Positions 42,701 through 51,426 of a stretch of 64,000 nt of DNA are shown in pieces. The position numbers and the translations under genes were made by a program. Source of the DNA: an uncultured Candidatus Rokubacteria bacterium. GTDB lineage: Bacteria > Methylomirabilota > Methylomirabilia > Rokubacteriales > CSP1-6. How positions within the stretch are numbered: the stretch's first letter is position 1; each line of letters opens with the position of its first letter. The notes below the pieces were generated by a model, which was not told the origin of the DNA, did no database searches, and saw nothing but the letters and a program-made list of their open reading frames with translations. The stretch covers positions 1 to 64,000 of the forward strand of contig CAVXJS010000011.1 of the NCBI GenBank assembly GCA_963762145.1. Direction: 5' to 3'.

Positions 42701-43376
42701 GGATGAGGATCGTGTCCGGCAGGGCCGTCTGCTCCATCCGTGCCGCGAGGTGGGTCGTCTGGCCCACCGCCGTGTAGTCCATGTGCAGGTCGTTCCCGAT
42801 CGACCGCACGACCACTTCGCCGCAGTTGAGCCCGACGCGGATGTGGATCGGCACGCCCGTGGACTTGGCGACCTCCTCCGCGTACCGCTTCACCGACTCC
42901 TGCATCCGGAGGGCCGCATAGCAGCCGCGCACGGCGTGGTCCTCGTGCGCCAGCGGCGCGCCAAAGAGCGCCATGATCCCGTCGCCCATCACCTGGTTGA
43001 CGGTGCCCTCGTAGTAGTGCACGGCCTCCATCATGCGATCGAGCACCGGATCCAGGAGCTTCCGTGATTCCTCCGGATCGCGGTCGACGAGGAGCTCGGT
43101 GGATCCCTTGAGGTCTGCGAAGAGGACCGTCACCTGCTTCCGCTCGCCTTCGAGCGCGGCCTTCGAGGTGATAATTCGCTCGGCGAGGTGTCGGGGGATG
43201 TGACTGCCAGGAGTGCCGGTCGTGGCGGCGAGTCGCGTGCCACACTCCCAGCAGAAGTTCTGGCCAGGGCCGTGGGGCGTTTCGCAGCCGGGGCACGTCG
43301 GGGTATGGCGAGCCCCGCACTCGCCGCAGAACCGGGCGCCAGCCGGGTTTTCCTGCTGGCACTTCGCACAGAGCAT
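39789..43376 (-). CDS. double zinc ribbon + class III adenylate/guanylate cyclase + AAA/STAND ATPase + TPR protein
   Basis: CxxC...FCGECG twice, ERKQVTVLFADLKGST, MGDGIMALFGAP, FVGRDAE, EPGVGKSRL, EGNPFFI and TPRs. Confidence 0.92.
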   Translation of the reverse strand: MLCAKCQQENPAGARFCGECGARHTPTCPGCETPHGPGQNFCWECGTRLAATTGTPGSHIPRHLAERIITSKAALEGERKQVTVLFADLKGSTELLVDRDPEESRKLLDPVLDRMMEAVHYYEGTVNQVMGDGIMALFGAPLAHEDHAVRGCYAALRMQESVKRYAEEVAKSTGVPIHIRVGLNCGEVVVRSIGNDLHMDYTAVGQTTHLAARMEQTALPDTILIPGTMLSLTRDAVAVSPLGPRSMKGLATPIDVYEVTGASTTGSRRQAATARDVTRFVGRDAEMATLLQALERAAGGYGQVVAIAAEPGVGKSRLIREFLHADAAHGWRILEAIGVATRKTTAYLPLVELLRTYFQIDARDDQPAIRDKVAAQLDTLQESAWPTASAILQVLDAPTDDPPWSLLDPLRRRQHVLDVLRRLLLRESRIQPLLLLFDSLHWMDSETHAFLDALVQGLPGARVFLLVTHRPEYQHPWADASHYTGLLLKSLPPANAEQLLDPLLGSDPTLQALKTWLINRTEGNPFFIQESIRTLVETQTLTGERGAYRLVKPIESIQLPATIHAVLAPRIDRLPPEGKRLLQAAAVIGKDVPLVLLQAIADMSEDEVRRNLAILQAGDFLHELRLFPSMEYTFRHTLTQEVAYDTVLRGRRRALHARVLEALEHLEADRPGDQVESLAHHALRGEVWHKAVLYLRQAGAKAAARGANREAVAFLEQALAGLSHLPDSPERSEQSIDLRLDLRPPLIQMGQIERVLALSQEAEVIAEKLGDAPRLARVYTYLINYHYLKGEPDLAIEYGERCLRIGEAAADRSLQALARGYLGSSYHAQGKFREAERVLRQNLDALAATPAGDVSIQNRISFVTSAAWVAFTCADRGEFDAAIDYLDQAAGAAKASGHPYPQAIAQTLAGLVHLRRGQLEEALPFLEQSVDACREKGLDVWRPIPASLLGLTRVRLGQVAEGLALLEESVSRSEALGIRAYLALWTAQLAEGLLAAGQIERARATVQQVLELALAHKERGHHARGLKLLGDVMAAASPADPAAAEDSYQQALALADELAMRPLTAQILLGLGQLYKRTGRPAQAADRLADAFMLLHDMGMRPWLANTLDELQILGHLFVVARSKPALFDDLKRELGARPVTVILDRREGERRRRAQEEAPERRVGDRRRQAAFDETLRARGFAVVVAAEPAAAST

Positions 43377-43425
43377 CCAGGGGCCTCCACTCGCTTGCGC
43401 GACATGGTCGCGAAGCGATGCTCGG

Positions 43426-43458
43426 AGCGTAGCCCCTTGACGACTGGCGCGTCAAGGG
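43426..43458 (-). promoter_or_regulatory. putative sigma70 promoter overlapped by a 9-bp inverted repeat
   Basis: Minus strand TTGACG-N18-TACGCT upstream of ATG 43376; the IR is CCCTTGACG-N7-CGTCAAGGG. Confidence 0.4.
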
Positions 43459-43563
43459 AATCGGCATGGCACACTGGCCCGACGGCGTGCGCAATGGTTG
43501 CACCCCGTGCCATCGTTCGATTCGGGGTCGCTAGGACGATGGTGTCGGGCGGGCGGGAGGCGC

Positions 43564-43680
43564 CATCCCGCCGTCCTCGAGACGGCGGTGGAACACGCGG
43601 ATAACGACGAGCTGATCAAGCCGAAGGCCTACGTGGTGGTGAAGGATGGACACGCGGGCTCCTACAAGCTGCGGCAGTGA
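43564..43680 (+). pseudogene. remnant of an acyl/benzoate-CoA ligase C-terminal domain
   Basis: HPAVLETAVEHADNDELIKPKAYVVVKDG resembles AMP-binding_C, and the rest of the gene is absent. Confidence 0.55.
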
Positions 43681-44800
43681 CCACCTCGTCGAGGACGTTC
43701 ATCACGTCGGCGGTGTGGCGTGCCACCGAGAACGTGGCCCGCGCCCATTCCTGAGCGTTGCACCCGAGCCGCTCCCTGAGCGCGGGGTCCCGGTAGAGAC
43801 GGTCGATCCGCTCCGCGAGATCGGACGGATCGCCGTGAGCATAGAGCAGGCCGGTCACCTCATCCCGGATGAGCTCGCGGGTGGCGGCGCGGTTGGCGCC
43901 GATGACGGGCAGCCCGAGCTTCATCGCCTCCACGGTCACGCGCCCGAACGCTTCCGATCTCGAGCACATGAGGGCGACGTGGGCCTGCTGGAGGTAGGGG
44001 AAGCGGTCCTCGGTGAAGTCGACGAAATCGACCACGTCGTCGGCCCGCACCTCTCGGGCCAGCCGGGCGAGCCAGGGCGCGTAGTCCGGTGCGCTGTGCC
44101 CGACGAGCGCCAGCCGGATGTCGCGCCCGCGCTCCCGCAGGAGCCCGACCGCCCGGATCGCATCCTCCTGGCCCTTGGAGGGCGCCTTGAGCCCGACGAG
44201 GACCAGCCGGAACGGACGCTCCGGCTGGGGACAGGCGCGGGCCAGCCCGTCCGGCACGTGGACCCCGCAGTACGCGACGCGCAGCTTCTCGGAGGGGATG
44301 TGCCGCGAGAATTCATCGTACGTGGCTCGCGAGTTGACGATGACCCGGGCCGACAGCCGGTTCACCAGCCGGACACTGCGCCGCAGGCCCAGGTCGAAGT
44401 GCAGGCCGTGGTCCTTCTCTCCGAACTCGTGCAGATACCACACGTGAGGAATCCGGAGCACCTTCGCCGCGACCGCCGCGGACGGAATGGTGAGGGTGTT
44501 GGTCACCACCACGTCGGGCTCGAGCCGTCTGAGCAGAGGCAGCATCGACACCGCGGCCAGGAGGTTGCGGCCGGCCCTTCGCCGCGCGTCCGCGCGTGAC
44601 CGTCGAAGCGCCGCCCACCACTCGTACCGGACGCTCCACCGCCGCGCGCCGGCGGCCGCCAGCCGGTCCCCGAGCACGCCCGGGCCGGGCAGGAGAACGT
44701 TCACCGCCACGCCCCGGGCGATGAGCCCCGTGACGAGCTCCAGCAGGACGAGCTCGGCACCGGCGATCTGCCCGGAGTGTGAGGCGAGGACGACCTTCAT
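43616..44800 (-). CDS. GT4 glycosyltransferase
   Basis: SHSGQIAGAELVLLEL, HVWYLHE, KGQEDAI and SEAFGRVTVEAMKLGLPVIG. Confidence 0.9.
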   Translation of the reverse strand: MKVVLASHSGQIAGAELVLLELVTGLIARGVAVNVLLPGPGVLGDRLAAAGARRWSVRYEWWAALRRSRADARRRAGRNLLAAVSMLPLLRRLEPDVVVTNTLTIPSAAVAAKVLRIPHVWYLHEFGEKDHGLHFDLGLRRSVRLVNRLSARVIVNSRATYDEFSRHIPSEKLRVAYCGVHVPDGLARACPQPERPFRLVLVGLKAPSKGQEDAIRAVGLLRERGRDIRLALVGHSAPDYAPWLARLAREVRADDVVDFVDFTEDRFPYLQQAHVALMCSRSEAFGRVTVEAMKLGLPVIGANRAATRELIRDEVTGLLYAHGDPSDLAERIDRLYRDPALRERLGCNAQEWARATFSVARHTADVMNVLDEVVTAAACRSPRVHPSPPRRPSA

Positions 44801-44825
44801 GGCGTGGGCGGACCGCCCCACGCCC

Positions 44826-45830
44826 TCATTCGTGGCGTCGATTCGACGCTCGCGGGGTCGGGCGGTCGCGCACGAACCACCGGCCGAGGGGCTCCTCGAT
44901 GCGCGACAGCGAGTGGGCCAGCTTCGGGCCGAGACGAGATCGCAGGGCACGCGCGAGGAGGGAATCGGGCGGGACCAGCGCCTGACGACGCCAGCGGGTC
45001 CACTCCGTGAACTGGCGGGTGAGGTTCGGATCGTCATCCGGCAGATCCCACTTCTCCCGGAATCGCTCGAGGGAGGCCCGGTTCCAGGCGGTGCTCCATC
45101 GCCGGAGGAAATAGGGCAGGTCCGACCACGCGAGCGGCGGGGGAGGCAGATAGGTGACGAGCGACGTCGGCTCGAAGTAGACCTCGCCGCCGGACCGGCG
45201 CACGCTCATGCAGAAGTCCGGGTTCTCCAGCGCGCTCTTCAGCCCCTCGTCGAGCGGCCCGAGCTGCTGAAAGACGCGGGACGCCACCAGCATGCAGTGG
45301 AATTCCACCATCTCGCAGGGCTCCCGGCGGAGGCCGGGAAGGACCTCGGGCAGCGGTCGGCTCCAGAAGCGGTGATCCTCCTGGAAGCGGCGCTTGCCGT
45401 CCTTTTCGAAGATGTGGGCATGGCCGCCGGTCATGTGGACCGTCTGCTCCTCGAACTCCCCCATGCAGTAGAGGGGACCGACGACCGAGGCGCCGGTCTC
45501 TTTCGCGCACCGGAGCAACGCCTCGAGCCAGCCGGGCGTGACCAGCACGTCGTTATCCAGGAAGACGAGGTAGGGAGTCGTGACGTGGGCGATGCCGAGG
45601 TTCCGGGCCTGGTTGGGCGTCAGATAGGCATCGGTGCGGAGCAGGCGGAATCCGCGAGCGCTCGACTGGGCCGCGAGGTACCGTCGCGTCGCGGGCGGGG
45701 AGCCGCCGTCCACGTAGATCAGCGTGAACGGGGTATCAGTATTCGCGTAGATGCTCTCGAGCGACCGACGGCTCAGCCCAAAGCGCTCTCTTGGGACGAC
45801 CAGGAGCGTGACTTCGGCGGCGGCGGTCAT
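44826..45830 (-). CDS. GT2 glycosyltransferase
   Basis: VVPRERF, YVDGGSP, QARNLG, VFLDNDV (DxD), PGWLEAL and EFHCML. Confidence 0.88.
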   Translation of the reverse strand: MTAAAEVTLLVVPRERFGLSRRSLESIYANTDTPFTLIYVDGGSPPATRRYLAAQSSARGFRLLRTDAYLTPNQARNLGIAHVTTPYLVFLDNDVLVTPGWLEALLRCAKETGASVVGPLYCMGEFEEQTVHMTGGHAHIFEKDGKRRFQEDHRFWSRPLPEVLPGLRREPCEMVEFHCMLVASRVFQQLGPLDEGLKSALENPDFCMSVRRSGGEVYFEPTSLVTYLPPPPLAWSDLPYFLRRWSTAWNRASLERFREKWDLPDDDPNLTRQFTEWTRWRRQALVPPDSLLARALRSRLGPKLAHSLSRIEEPLGRWFVRDRPTPRASNRRHE

Positions 45831-45882
45831 GGTTGAGGTGGCGTTCGACTTTGCTAAGATAGCACTCCACGTGACGCGTCCG

Positions 45883-46260
45883 CTAGGCTGGCCGGCTGGG
45901 ACGCGCGAACGGGGAGGACTGCTGCAGGATCTGGCGAACACGGTCGTTGAGGCTCTGCACGCTGAACGGCTTGCTGATGAAGGCCCACCCCGACGTGGCC
46001 ACCTCCGACATCGGGTATGCCGACATGAGGAGGATCTTGGTCGACGGGCTCACCGCGAGCAGGTTGGTCGCGAGCTCCGGCCCTTTCATGAGCGGCATCA
46101 CCACGTCGGTGACCAGCAGATGAATCGGCTGCTCTCGCGCGAGGCGGAGCGCGTGCATCGGGTCGCCGGTGTCGAGGATGGCGAAACCATCCGACTCCAG
46201 CATGTCGCGCACCACGCTGCGCACCACCTCTTCGTCGTCCACCACCAGGATCGTGTGCAC
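45883..46260 (-). CDS. single-domain response regulator receiver
   Basis: ILVVDDE, LLVTDVVMP, LLMSAY and ISKPF. Confidence 0.88.
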   Translation of the reverse strand: MHTILVVDDEEVVRSVVRDMLESDGFAILDTGDPMHALRLAREQPIHLLVTDVVMPLMKGPELATNLLAVSPSTKILLMSAYPMSEVATSGWAFISKPFSVQSLNDRVRQILQQSSPFARPSRPA

Positions 46261-46288
46261 CGGGCGGCCTCCGCGATCGAGTGTACGG

Positions 46289-47599
46289 ATGAGCGACGCT
46301 TTCGCCGCGTTCCTGGACCGGCGCCTCGAGACGCTCGATCCGGAGGCGCTCCGCCGGCACCAGTGGGCCCGCGTCGAGGCTCTGGCGCGCGCCGCGGTGC
46401 CCGCCAACGCTTTCGTCACCGCCCAGTGGACGCGCGCCGGCCTCGCCGGCCCGGCCGATCTCCGGAGCTGGGACGACTTCCGGCGGCTGCCCTTCACGCG
46501 CAAGAGCGATCTGGTGGCGGATCAGGCCGCGCATCCGCCGTTCGGCCGCAACCTGAGCTATCCGCTCGATCGCTACGTGCGCGTGCACCAGACGTCGGGC
46601 ACCACCGGCGCGCCGCTCCGCTGGCTCGACACCGAGGAGTCCTGGGCGTGGTGGGCGCGCTGCTGGGGCTTCGTCTTCCGTGGCGCGGGCCTGGGTCCGG
46701 GCGACCGGATCTTCTTCCCGTTCTCCTTCGGGCTCTTCGTCGGATTCTGGGCCGGCTTCGAGGGGGCCCGCGCGCTCGGCGCCCTCGCGATCCCCGGCGG
46801 CGGCCAGGACTCCGCGCAGCGGCTGGCCGCGATGGAGACGCTCGGCGCTACCGCGGTGTGCTGCACGCCGTCCTACGCGCTGCACCTGGCCGAGACCGCG
46901 CGCGAGCGCGGCGTCGCCCTCCACCGGCTGGGCATCCGGGCCACCGTGCACGCGGGCGAGCCCGGCGCGGGGATTCCCGCGGTGCGCGCGCGCATCGAGG
47001 AGGCGTGGGGCGCCCGCGCCTACGACCACGCGGGCATGACCGAGATGGGCGCCTACGGCTTCGAGTGCGCGGCCCGGTCCGGCCTCCACGTGAACGAGGC
47101 CGAGTTCATCGCGGAGGTGATCGATCCCGCCACCGAGGCGCCCGCGGACGAGGGCGAGCTGGTGCTGACGAACCTGGGCCGGCTCGGCTCGCCACTGCTC
47201 CGCTACCGGACCGGCGATCGGGTGCGCGCGGCCCGGACGCCGTGTCCGTGCGGCCGGACCTTCCTGCGCCTCGAGGGCGGCATCCTGGGGCGCGTGGACG
47301 ACATGCTCATCGTCCGCGGCGTCAACGTCTTCCCCTCGGCGCTCGAGGGCATCGTGCGGCGCTTCCCGGACGTCGACGAGTTCGTGATCGAGGTCTACCG
47401 GCGCGGGCAGCTCGACGAGGTACGCCTGCTGCTCGAGGTCAGCGGTCACGCGCCGGCGCCCCACATGACGATCGCGGCGGTGCAGGAGGCGGTGCGGGTG
47501 GACCTCGGCATCCGCGTCGAGGCCGTGCCGGTGCCCGGGCAGAGCCTGCCGCGCTACGAGCTCAAGGCCCGGCGCCTGATCCGCCGCGCGAGCGAGTAG
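46289..47599 (+). CDS. phenylacetate-CoA ligase family protein (PaaK-like)
   Basis: LPFTRKSDL, HQTSGTTG, TPSYAL, AGEPG, LLRYRTGD and GRVDDMLIVRGVNVFPS. Confidence 0.9.
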   Translation: MSDAFAAFLDRRLETLDPEALRRHQWARVEALARAAVPANAFVTAQWTRAGLAGPADLRSWDDFRRLPFTRKSDLVADQAAHPPFGRNLSYPLDRYVRVHQTSGTTGAPLRWLDTEESWAWWARCWGFVFRGAGLGPGDRIFFPFSFGLFVGFWAGFEGARALGALAIPGGGQDSAQRLAAMETLGATAVCCTPSYALHLAETARERGVALHRLGIRATVHAGEPGAGIPAVRARIEEAWGARAYDHAGMTEMGAYGFECAARSGLHVNEAEFIAEVIDPATEAPADEGELVLTNLGRLGSPLLRYRTGDRVRAARTPCPCGRTFLRLEGGILGRVDDMLIVRGVNVFPSALEGIVRRFPDVDEFVIEVYRRGQLDEVRLLLEVSGHAPAPHMTIAAVQEAVRVDLGIRVEAVPVPGQSLPRYELKARRLIRRASE

Positions 47600-47604
47600 T
47601 CGGC

Positions 47605-48624
47605 ATGCGCCCTATCCGCTCGCCCGAGGTGTCGCGACGCGCGTTCATGGCGGTCATCGCGGGCGGCCTCCTCGCCGCGCGTCGCGCCGCCGAGGCGCAG
47701 CCGGCAGGAAGGATCTGGCGGATCGGTTATCTGTCGCTCGTCTCGGAAAAGCTCGAGCAGTACAAGCCCTGGATCGCCGCTTTTCGGGATGGACTGCGGG
47801 AGCTTGGATACGTCGAGGGTGAGAACGTCGTCATCGAGCAGCGTTACGCGGCGGGGCATGTCGAGCGGCTCCCCGCGCTGGCCGCCGAGCTCGTCCGTCT
47901 CAAGGTCGATATTCTCGTTGCGGCGCCGTCCGGCAGCGCACTCTCGGCCAGGAGCGCCACGAGCACGATCCCGATCGTGTTCATGGGCGAACCCGACCCC
48001 GTCGGCACCGGACTCGTGGCCAGTCTGGCCCGTCCCGGTGGGAACGTCACGGGTCTGGCGGACGCGCACGCCGATCTGATCGCTAAGAGACTCGACCTCC
48101 TCAGAGAGGTCGTGCCATCGGCGTCTCGAGTCGGTGTCCTGTGGACTCCGTCCAACGCCAGCACCGCACCCCAGCTGAAGATGGTCCAGGCCGCGGCTCC
48201 GGCGCTGGGGCTGACCGTGGTCCCGGTCGAGGTCAAGGGACCGGGACGTGGCGATCTGGACCGGGCCTTCGCGACGATCGGGAGCGAGCGCCTGGGGGGC
48301 CTGTTCGTCATCGCCGATCCCACCCTCGGGAATCTGCGCACCCGGATTGCCGAGCTCTCGATCGCGCACCGACTCCCTGCGTCCGGCACCCACCGGGGAT
48401 GGGCCGAGGGAGGCCTGCTGATGTCCTACGGCACGGACTTCATCGCTCTGTTCCGGCACGGCGCCGTGCTCGTCGACAAGATCCTGAAGGGAGCCAAGCC
48501 CGCCGCCCTCCCGGTCGAGCAGCCGACCAAGTTCGAGATGGCGATCAACCTCAAGACCGCGAAGGCCCTCGGCCTGAAGATCCCGCCGGCGCTGCTGCAG
48601 CGAGCCGACCAGGTGATCGAATAG
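47605..48624 (+). CDS. orphan ABC transporter substrate-binding protein (ABC_sub_bind)
   Basis: SRRAF signal, GLRELGYVEGEN, DPVGTGLVASLARPGGNVTG and PVEQPTKFEMAINLKTAKALGL. Confidence 0.92.
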   Translation: MRPIRSPEVSRRAFMAVIAGGLLAARRAAEAQPAGRIWRIGYLSLVSEKLEQYKPWIAAFRDGLRELGYVEGENVVIEQRYAAGHVERLPALAAELVRLKVDILVAAPSGSALSARSATSTIPIVFMGEPDPVGTGLVASLARPGGNVTGLADAHADLIAKRLDLLREVVPSASRVGVLWTPSNASTAPQLKMVQAAAPALGLTVVPVEVKGPGRGDLDRAFATIGSERLGGLFVIADPTLGNLRTRIAELSIAHRLPASGTHRGWAEGGLLMSYGTDFIALFRHGAVLVDKILKGAKPAALPVEQPTKFEMAINLKTAKALGLKIPPALLQRADQVIE

Positions 48625-48687
48625 CTCTACGCGCGAGACCCCCGGTCTGGATGTATTGACCGGCTCCGAGCGGGCTGGTAGTGATGA

Positions 48688-49272
48688 GTGAGCATGGCGT
48701 CCGCGGGAGCCGGCTCCGAGACCTCCACGCTCATCACGCGCATCGCCGCGGGTGATCGCGACGCGTTCAGCCGCTTCTACGATCTCCTGGCCCCCACCGC
48801 CTTCGGCCTGATCCGCCGCGTGCTCCGCGACCCGGAGGCCGCCGCCGAGGTGCTGCAGGAGGTGTTCTGGCAGGTGTGGCGCGAGGCCCCCCAGTACGAT
48901 CCCACGCGCGGCAGCCCCGAGGCGTGGCTCGTCATGCGGGCCAAGACTCGAGCAATCGATCGGCTCCGGTCCATACGTAGAAGAGATAGGACCTTCGTGG
49001 CGCCGGTGGACGAGTCCGTCGCGCGAAGCAGCGATGAGCCCGCCGAGAACCCGGCGGTGGTGGCGGAGGATCGGAGCCTGGTGCAGACCGCGCTGGCGCA
49101 GCTCCCGGAGCCGCAGCGCCGCGTCATCGAGCTGGCGTTCTACGACGGCCTGACCCAGTCGGAGATCGCGATCCGGCTGGGCGAGCCGCTCGGCACCGTG
49201 AAGACGCGCGCGCGCCTCGGCCTCGAGCGGCTGCGGGGAGCCCTGCGGGGAGAGAGGGTGTCGGCCACATGA
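48688..49272 (+). CDS. ECF sigma factor (SigK-like)
   Basis: AFSRFYD, EVLQEVFWQVW, RAIDRLR, LPEPQRRVIELAFYDGLTQSEIA and GTVKTR. Confidence 0.92.
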   Translation: MSMASAGAGSETSTLITRIAAGDRDAFSRFYDLLAPTAFGLIRRVLRDPEAAAEVLQEVFWQVWREAPQYDPTRGSPEAWLVMRAKTRAIDRLRSIRRRDRTFVAPVDESVARSSDEPAENPAVVAEDRSLVQTALAQLPEPQRRVIELAFYDGLTQSEIAIRLGEPLGTVKTRARLGLERLRGALRGERVSAT

Positions 49273-50042
49273 ATCGCGAAGAGATCGACGAGCTGGCGGC
49301 GGCGTACGCGCTCGGGGGCCTCGAGGCCGACGATCGCGCGCGCTTCGAGACGCTGCTCCGCGCGGGCGACCCCGAGACGGTGACCGCCCTCCGCGAGTTC
49401 GAGGCCACCCTCGCGGACCTGGCCGCCGCGGCCCCCGAGCCGCCCCCGGCCGCGGTCAAGGCCGCGCTCATGGAGCGCATCGCGGCGGCCCCGCCGGCCG
49501 CGCGCGAGCCGGTGCGTCCGCGGCCGCGAGCCCGCCGAGCCATCTGGCCGGCGATCCTGACCGGGGCCATGGCCGCCGGCCTCGCCGCGATCGTGGTCGG
49601 CTGGTCGGTCTCGTCCACTTACGAGAAGCGGCTCGACGCGCTGGCCCGCGATGCCGAGGAGCTCAAGGCCGAGCTGCGGGGCCAGCAGACCGTGATCGCG
49701 ATCCTGCGCGACCCGGCCACCCAGGTGGTCGTGCTCGCCGGCCAGGCGCCCGCGCCGACCGCGCGCGCCCGCATGATGTGGCACGCGAAGGCCGGCGGAG
49801 TCTTCGTCGCCGCCGGGCTCCCGGAGGCGCCCACGGGCAAGGCCTACCAGCTCTGGGCCATCGCGGGCAACAACGCGCCGGTCTCGGCCGGGGTGTTCAG
49901 CGTGGACCCGTCGGGGACCGGGAGCCTCTCGGTGCGGCCACTGCCCGGCGTGGCGACGGTCGATGCGTTCGCGGTGACGCTCGAGCCGGCGGGCGGTCTC
50001 CCCGCGCCGAGCGGCGCGATGTATCTTCTCGGCAAGTCCTGA
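49269..50042 (+). CDS. anti-sigma factor (RskA-like)
   Basis: AAAYALG, PPAAVKAALM, one TM, YQLWAI, PVSAG and FAVTLEPAGG. Confidence 0.9.
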   Translation: MNREEIDELAAAYALGGLEADDRARFETLLRAGDPETVTALREFEATLADLAAAAPEPPPAAVKAALMERIAAAPPAAREPVRPRPRARRAIWPAILTGAMAAGLAAIVVGWSVSSTYEKRLDALARDAEELKAELRGQQTVIAILRDPATQVVVLAGQAPAPTARARMMWHAKAGGVFVAAGLPEAPTGKAYQLWAIAGNNAPVSAGVFSVDPSGTGSLSVRPLPGVATVDAFAVTLEPAGGLPAPSGAMYLLGKS

Positions 50043-50065
50043 GCGGCCGGCGCCGCCTGACCCGC

Positions 50066-50647
50066 CTAGCTCCCGCGCAGCCGCGCGGCGCGCAGCACCG
50101 CGATGATGGTCATCGCGTCCTTGATCTCCGCCCGCTCCACCATGCCGAGCACCTCGGTGAAGGGGAAGGCCCGGCGCTCGATGAACTCGGTCGGGTCGGC
50201 CGGGCGCGACGCGGGCCGCAGGTCGTGGGCCACGTAGAGATGGGCGACCTCGCGCAGGATGCTCTTCGAGGTGTGGAAGTCGCCCAGCGCGACGAGGCGT
50301 CCGGCCTCGTGCCCCGCCTCCTCGGCCAGCTCACGCTGCGCGGCCTCCACGGAGGTCTCGCCGGCGTGCTGGCCGCCCGTCGGGATCTCCCAGAAGAAAT
50401 CGCCCGCCACGTAGCGGTACTGCCCCACCAGGAGCACGGTGTCGCGGTCGAGGAACGGGAGAATTCCGACGCACTCGCTGCATTGCACCACGCCGTAGAG
50501 CGTGTGGCGGCCGTCCGGCAGCTCGACCATGTCCTCGCGGACGGAGATCCACTGGTTGGAGTAGACCGGCCGGGTGGACGTCCGGCGCCAGGGCGTGCGG
50601 GACCACGACGAACCGGCCGGCGGAGTACCAGTGGGCTCGCTCATCAT
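50066..50647 (-). CDS. NUDIX hydrolase (ADP-ribose pyrophosphatase-like)
   Basis: GQYRY and WEIPTGGQHAGETSVEAAQRELAEEAG (Nudix box). Confidence 0.9.
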   Translation of the reverse strand: MMSEPTGTPPAGSSWSRTPWRRTSTRPVYSNQWISVREDMVELPDGRHTLYGVVQCSECVGILPFLDRDTVLLVGQYRYVAGDFFWEIPTGGQHAGETSVEAAQRELAEEAGHEAGRLVALGDFHTSKSILREVAHLYVAHDLRPASRPADPTEFIERRAFPFTEVLGMVERAEIKDAMTIIAVLRAARLRGS

Positions 50648-50680
50648 CCGGTTGTATCATGTGGGCCGGGAGGAAACGTG

Positions 50681-51220
50681 ATGGCCTGGCCGGTCCCCGT
50701 CGAAACGCTGTGGAACGAGCTGCAGAGCGTCCGCTCCGCGCTGCTCAAGGAGACGGAAGGGCTCAGCCAGACCCAGGCCGACTGGCGCCCGGCCGAGCAG
50801 GAGTGGTCCGTCGGGGAGATTCTCCACCACCTGACCCTGGCCGAGGTGGGCACCGGGAAGCTGACCTCCAAGCTCTTCAAGGACGCGCCGCAGCCGCTGC
50901 CGGTGTTCCCCGCGGATCTCAAGACCTTCGCGCCGGTCCCGCCCTCGCCTCCCGGCCCGGCGAAGGCGCCGGAAGTGGTCTACCCGGAGCGAGGCCACGC
51001 GCTGGACCGGCTGGTCGCCGACCTCCAGGCGATCCGGGAGCGCAGCCGGCAGTCCATCGAGCGGCTGGCCGCGGTGGATCCGCGCGGGCTCAGGTGGCGG
51101 CACTTCACGCTGGGCGAGATGGACCTCGCGCAGTGGTGGCAGCTCCACGCACGCCACGAGGCGGACCACCTCGAGCAGCTCCGCGCCGTGAAGGCGGCAC
51201 CCGGGTTCCCCCGCTCGTGA
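50681..51220 (+). CDS. DinB family protein
   Basis: WSVGEILHHL, HFTLGEM and HEADHLEQL. Confidence 0.85.
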   Translation: MAWPVPVETLWNELQSVRSALLKETEGLSQTQADWRPAEQEWSVGEILHHLTLAEVGTGKLTSKLFKDAPQPLPVFPADLKTFAPVPPSPPGPAKAPEVVYPERGHALDRLVADLQAIRERSRQSIERLAAVDPRGLRWRHFTLGEMDLAQWWQLHARHEADHLEQLRAVKAAPGFPRS

Positions 51221-51426
51221 AGATCATCCTGCGCAATCCCCGGAAGGAGATCGAGGTCGACGGCAAGCGCCGGGTCAAGGAGCTGCTCGTCGAGCTCGAC
51301 ATCCTGCCCAGCACGGTGCTGGTCATCCGGGGCAACGAGCTCCTGACCGGGGATACCGTGGTGGGCGGCGACGACGTGCTCGAGGTGCGCCCGGTCATGT
51401 CCGGCGGCAGCGCGGGGACGCCATGA
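51217..51426 (+). CDS. MoaD/ThiS ubiquitin-like sulfur carrier (TtuB-like)
   Basis: 69 aa, RVKELL..LDI, DDVLEVRPVMSGG followed by SAGTP; coupled to the TtuA-like gene. Confidence 0.85.
   Translation: MKIILRNPRKEIEVDGKRRVKELLVELDILPSTVLVIRGNELLTGDTVVGGDDVLEVRPVMSGGSAGTP

Noticed and set aside
41019-43067. Long antisense ORFs (also 28659-29591, 22977-24230, 54928-56136)
   Set aside because: These are shadow ORFs typical of high-GC coding DNA. They have no motifs and lie opposite well-supported genes.
45751-48624. 957-aa ORF
   Set aside because: Only the part from 47605 is a real protein. The upstream part is an off-frame read-through across the receiver and PaaK-like genes.
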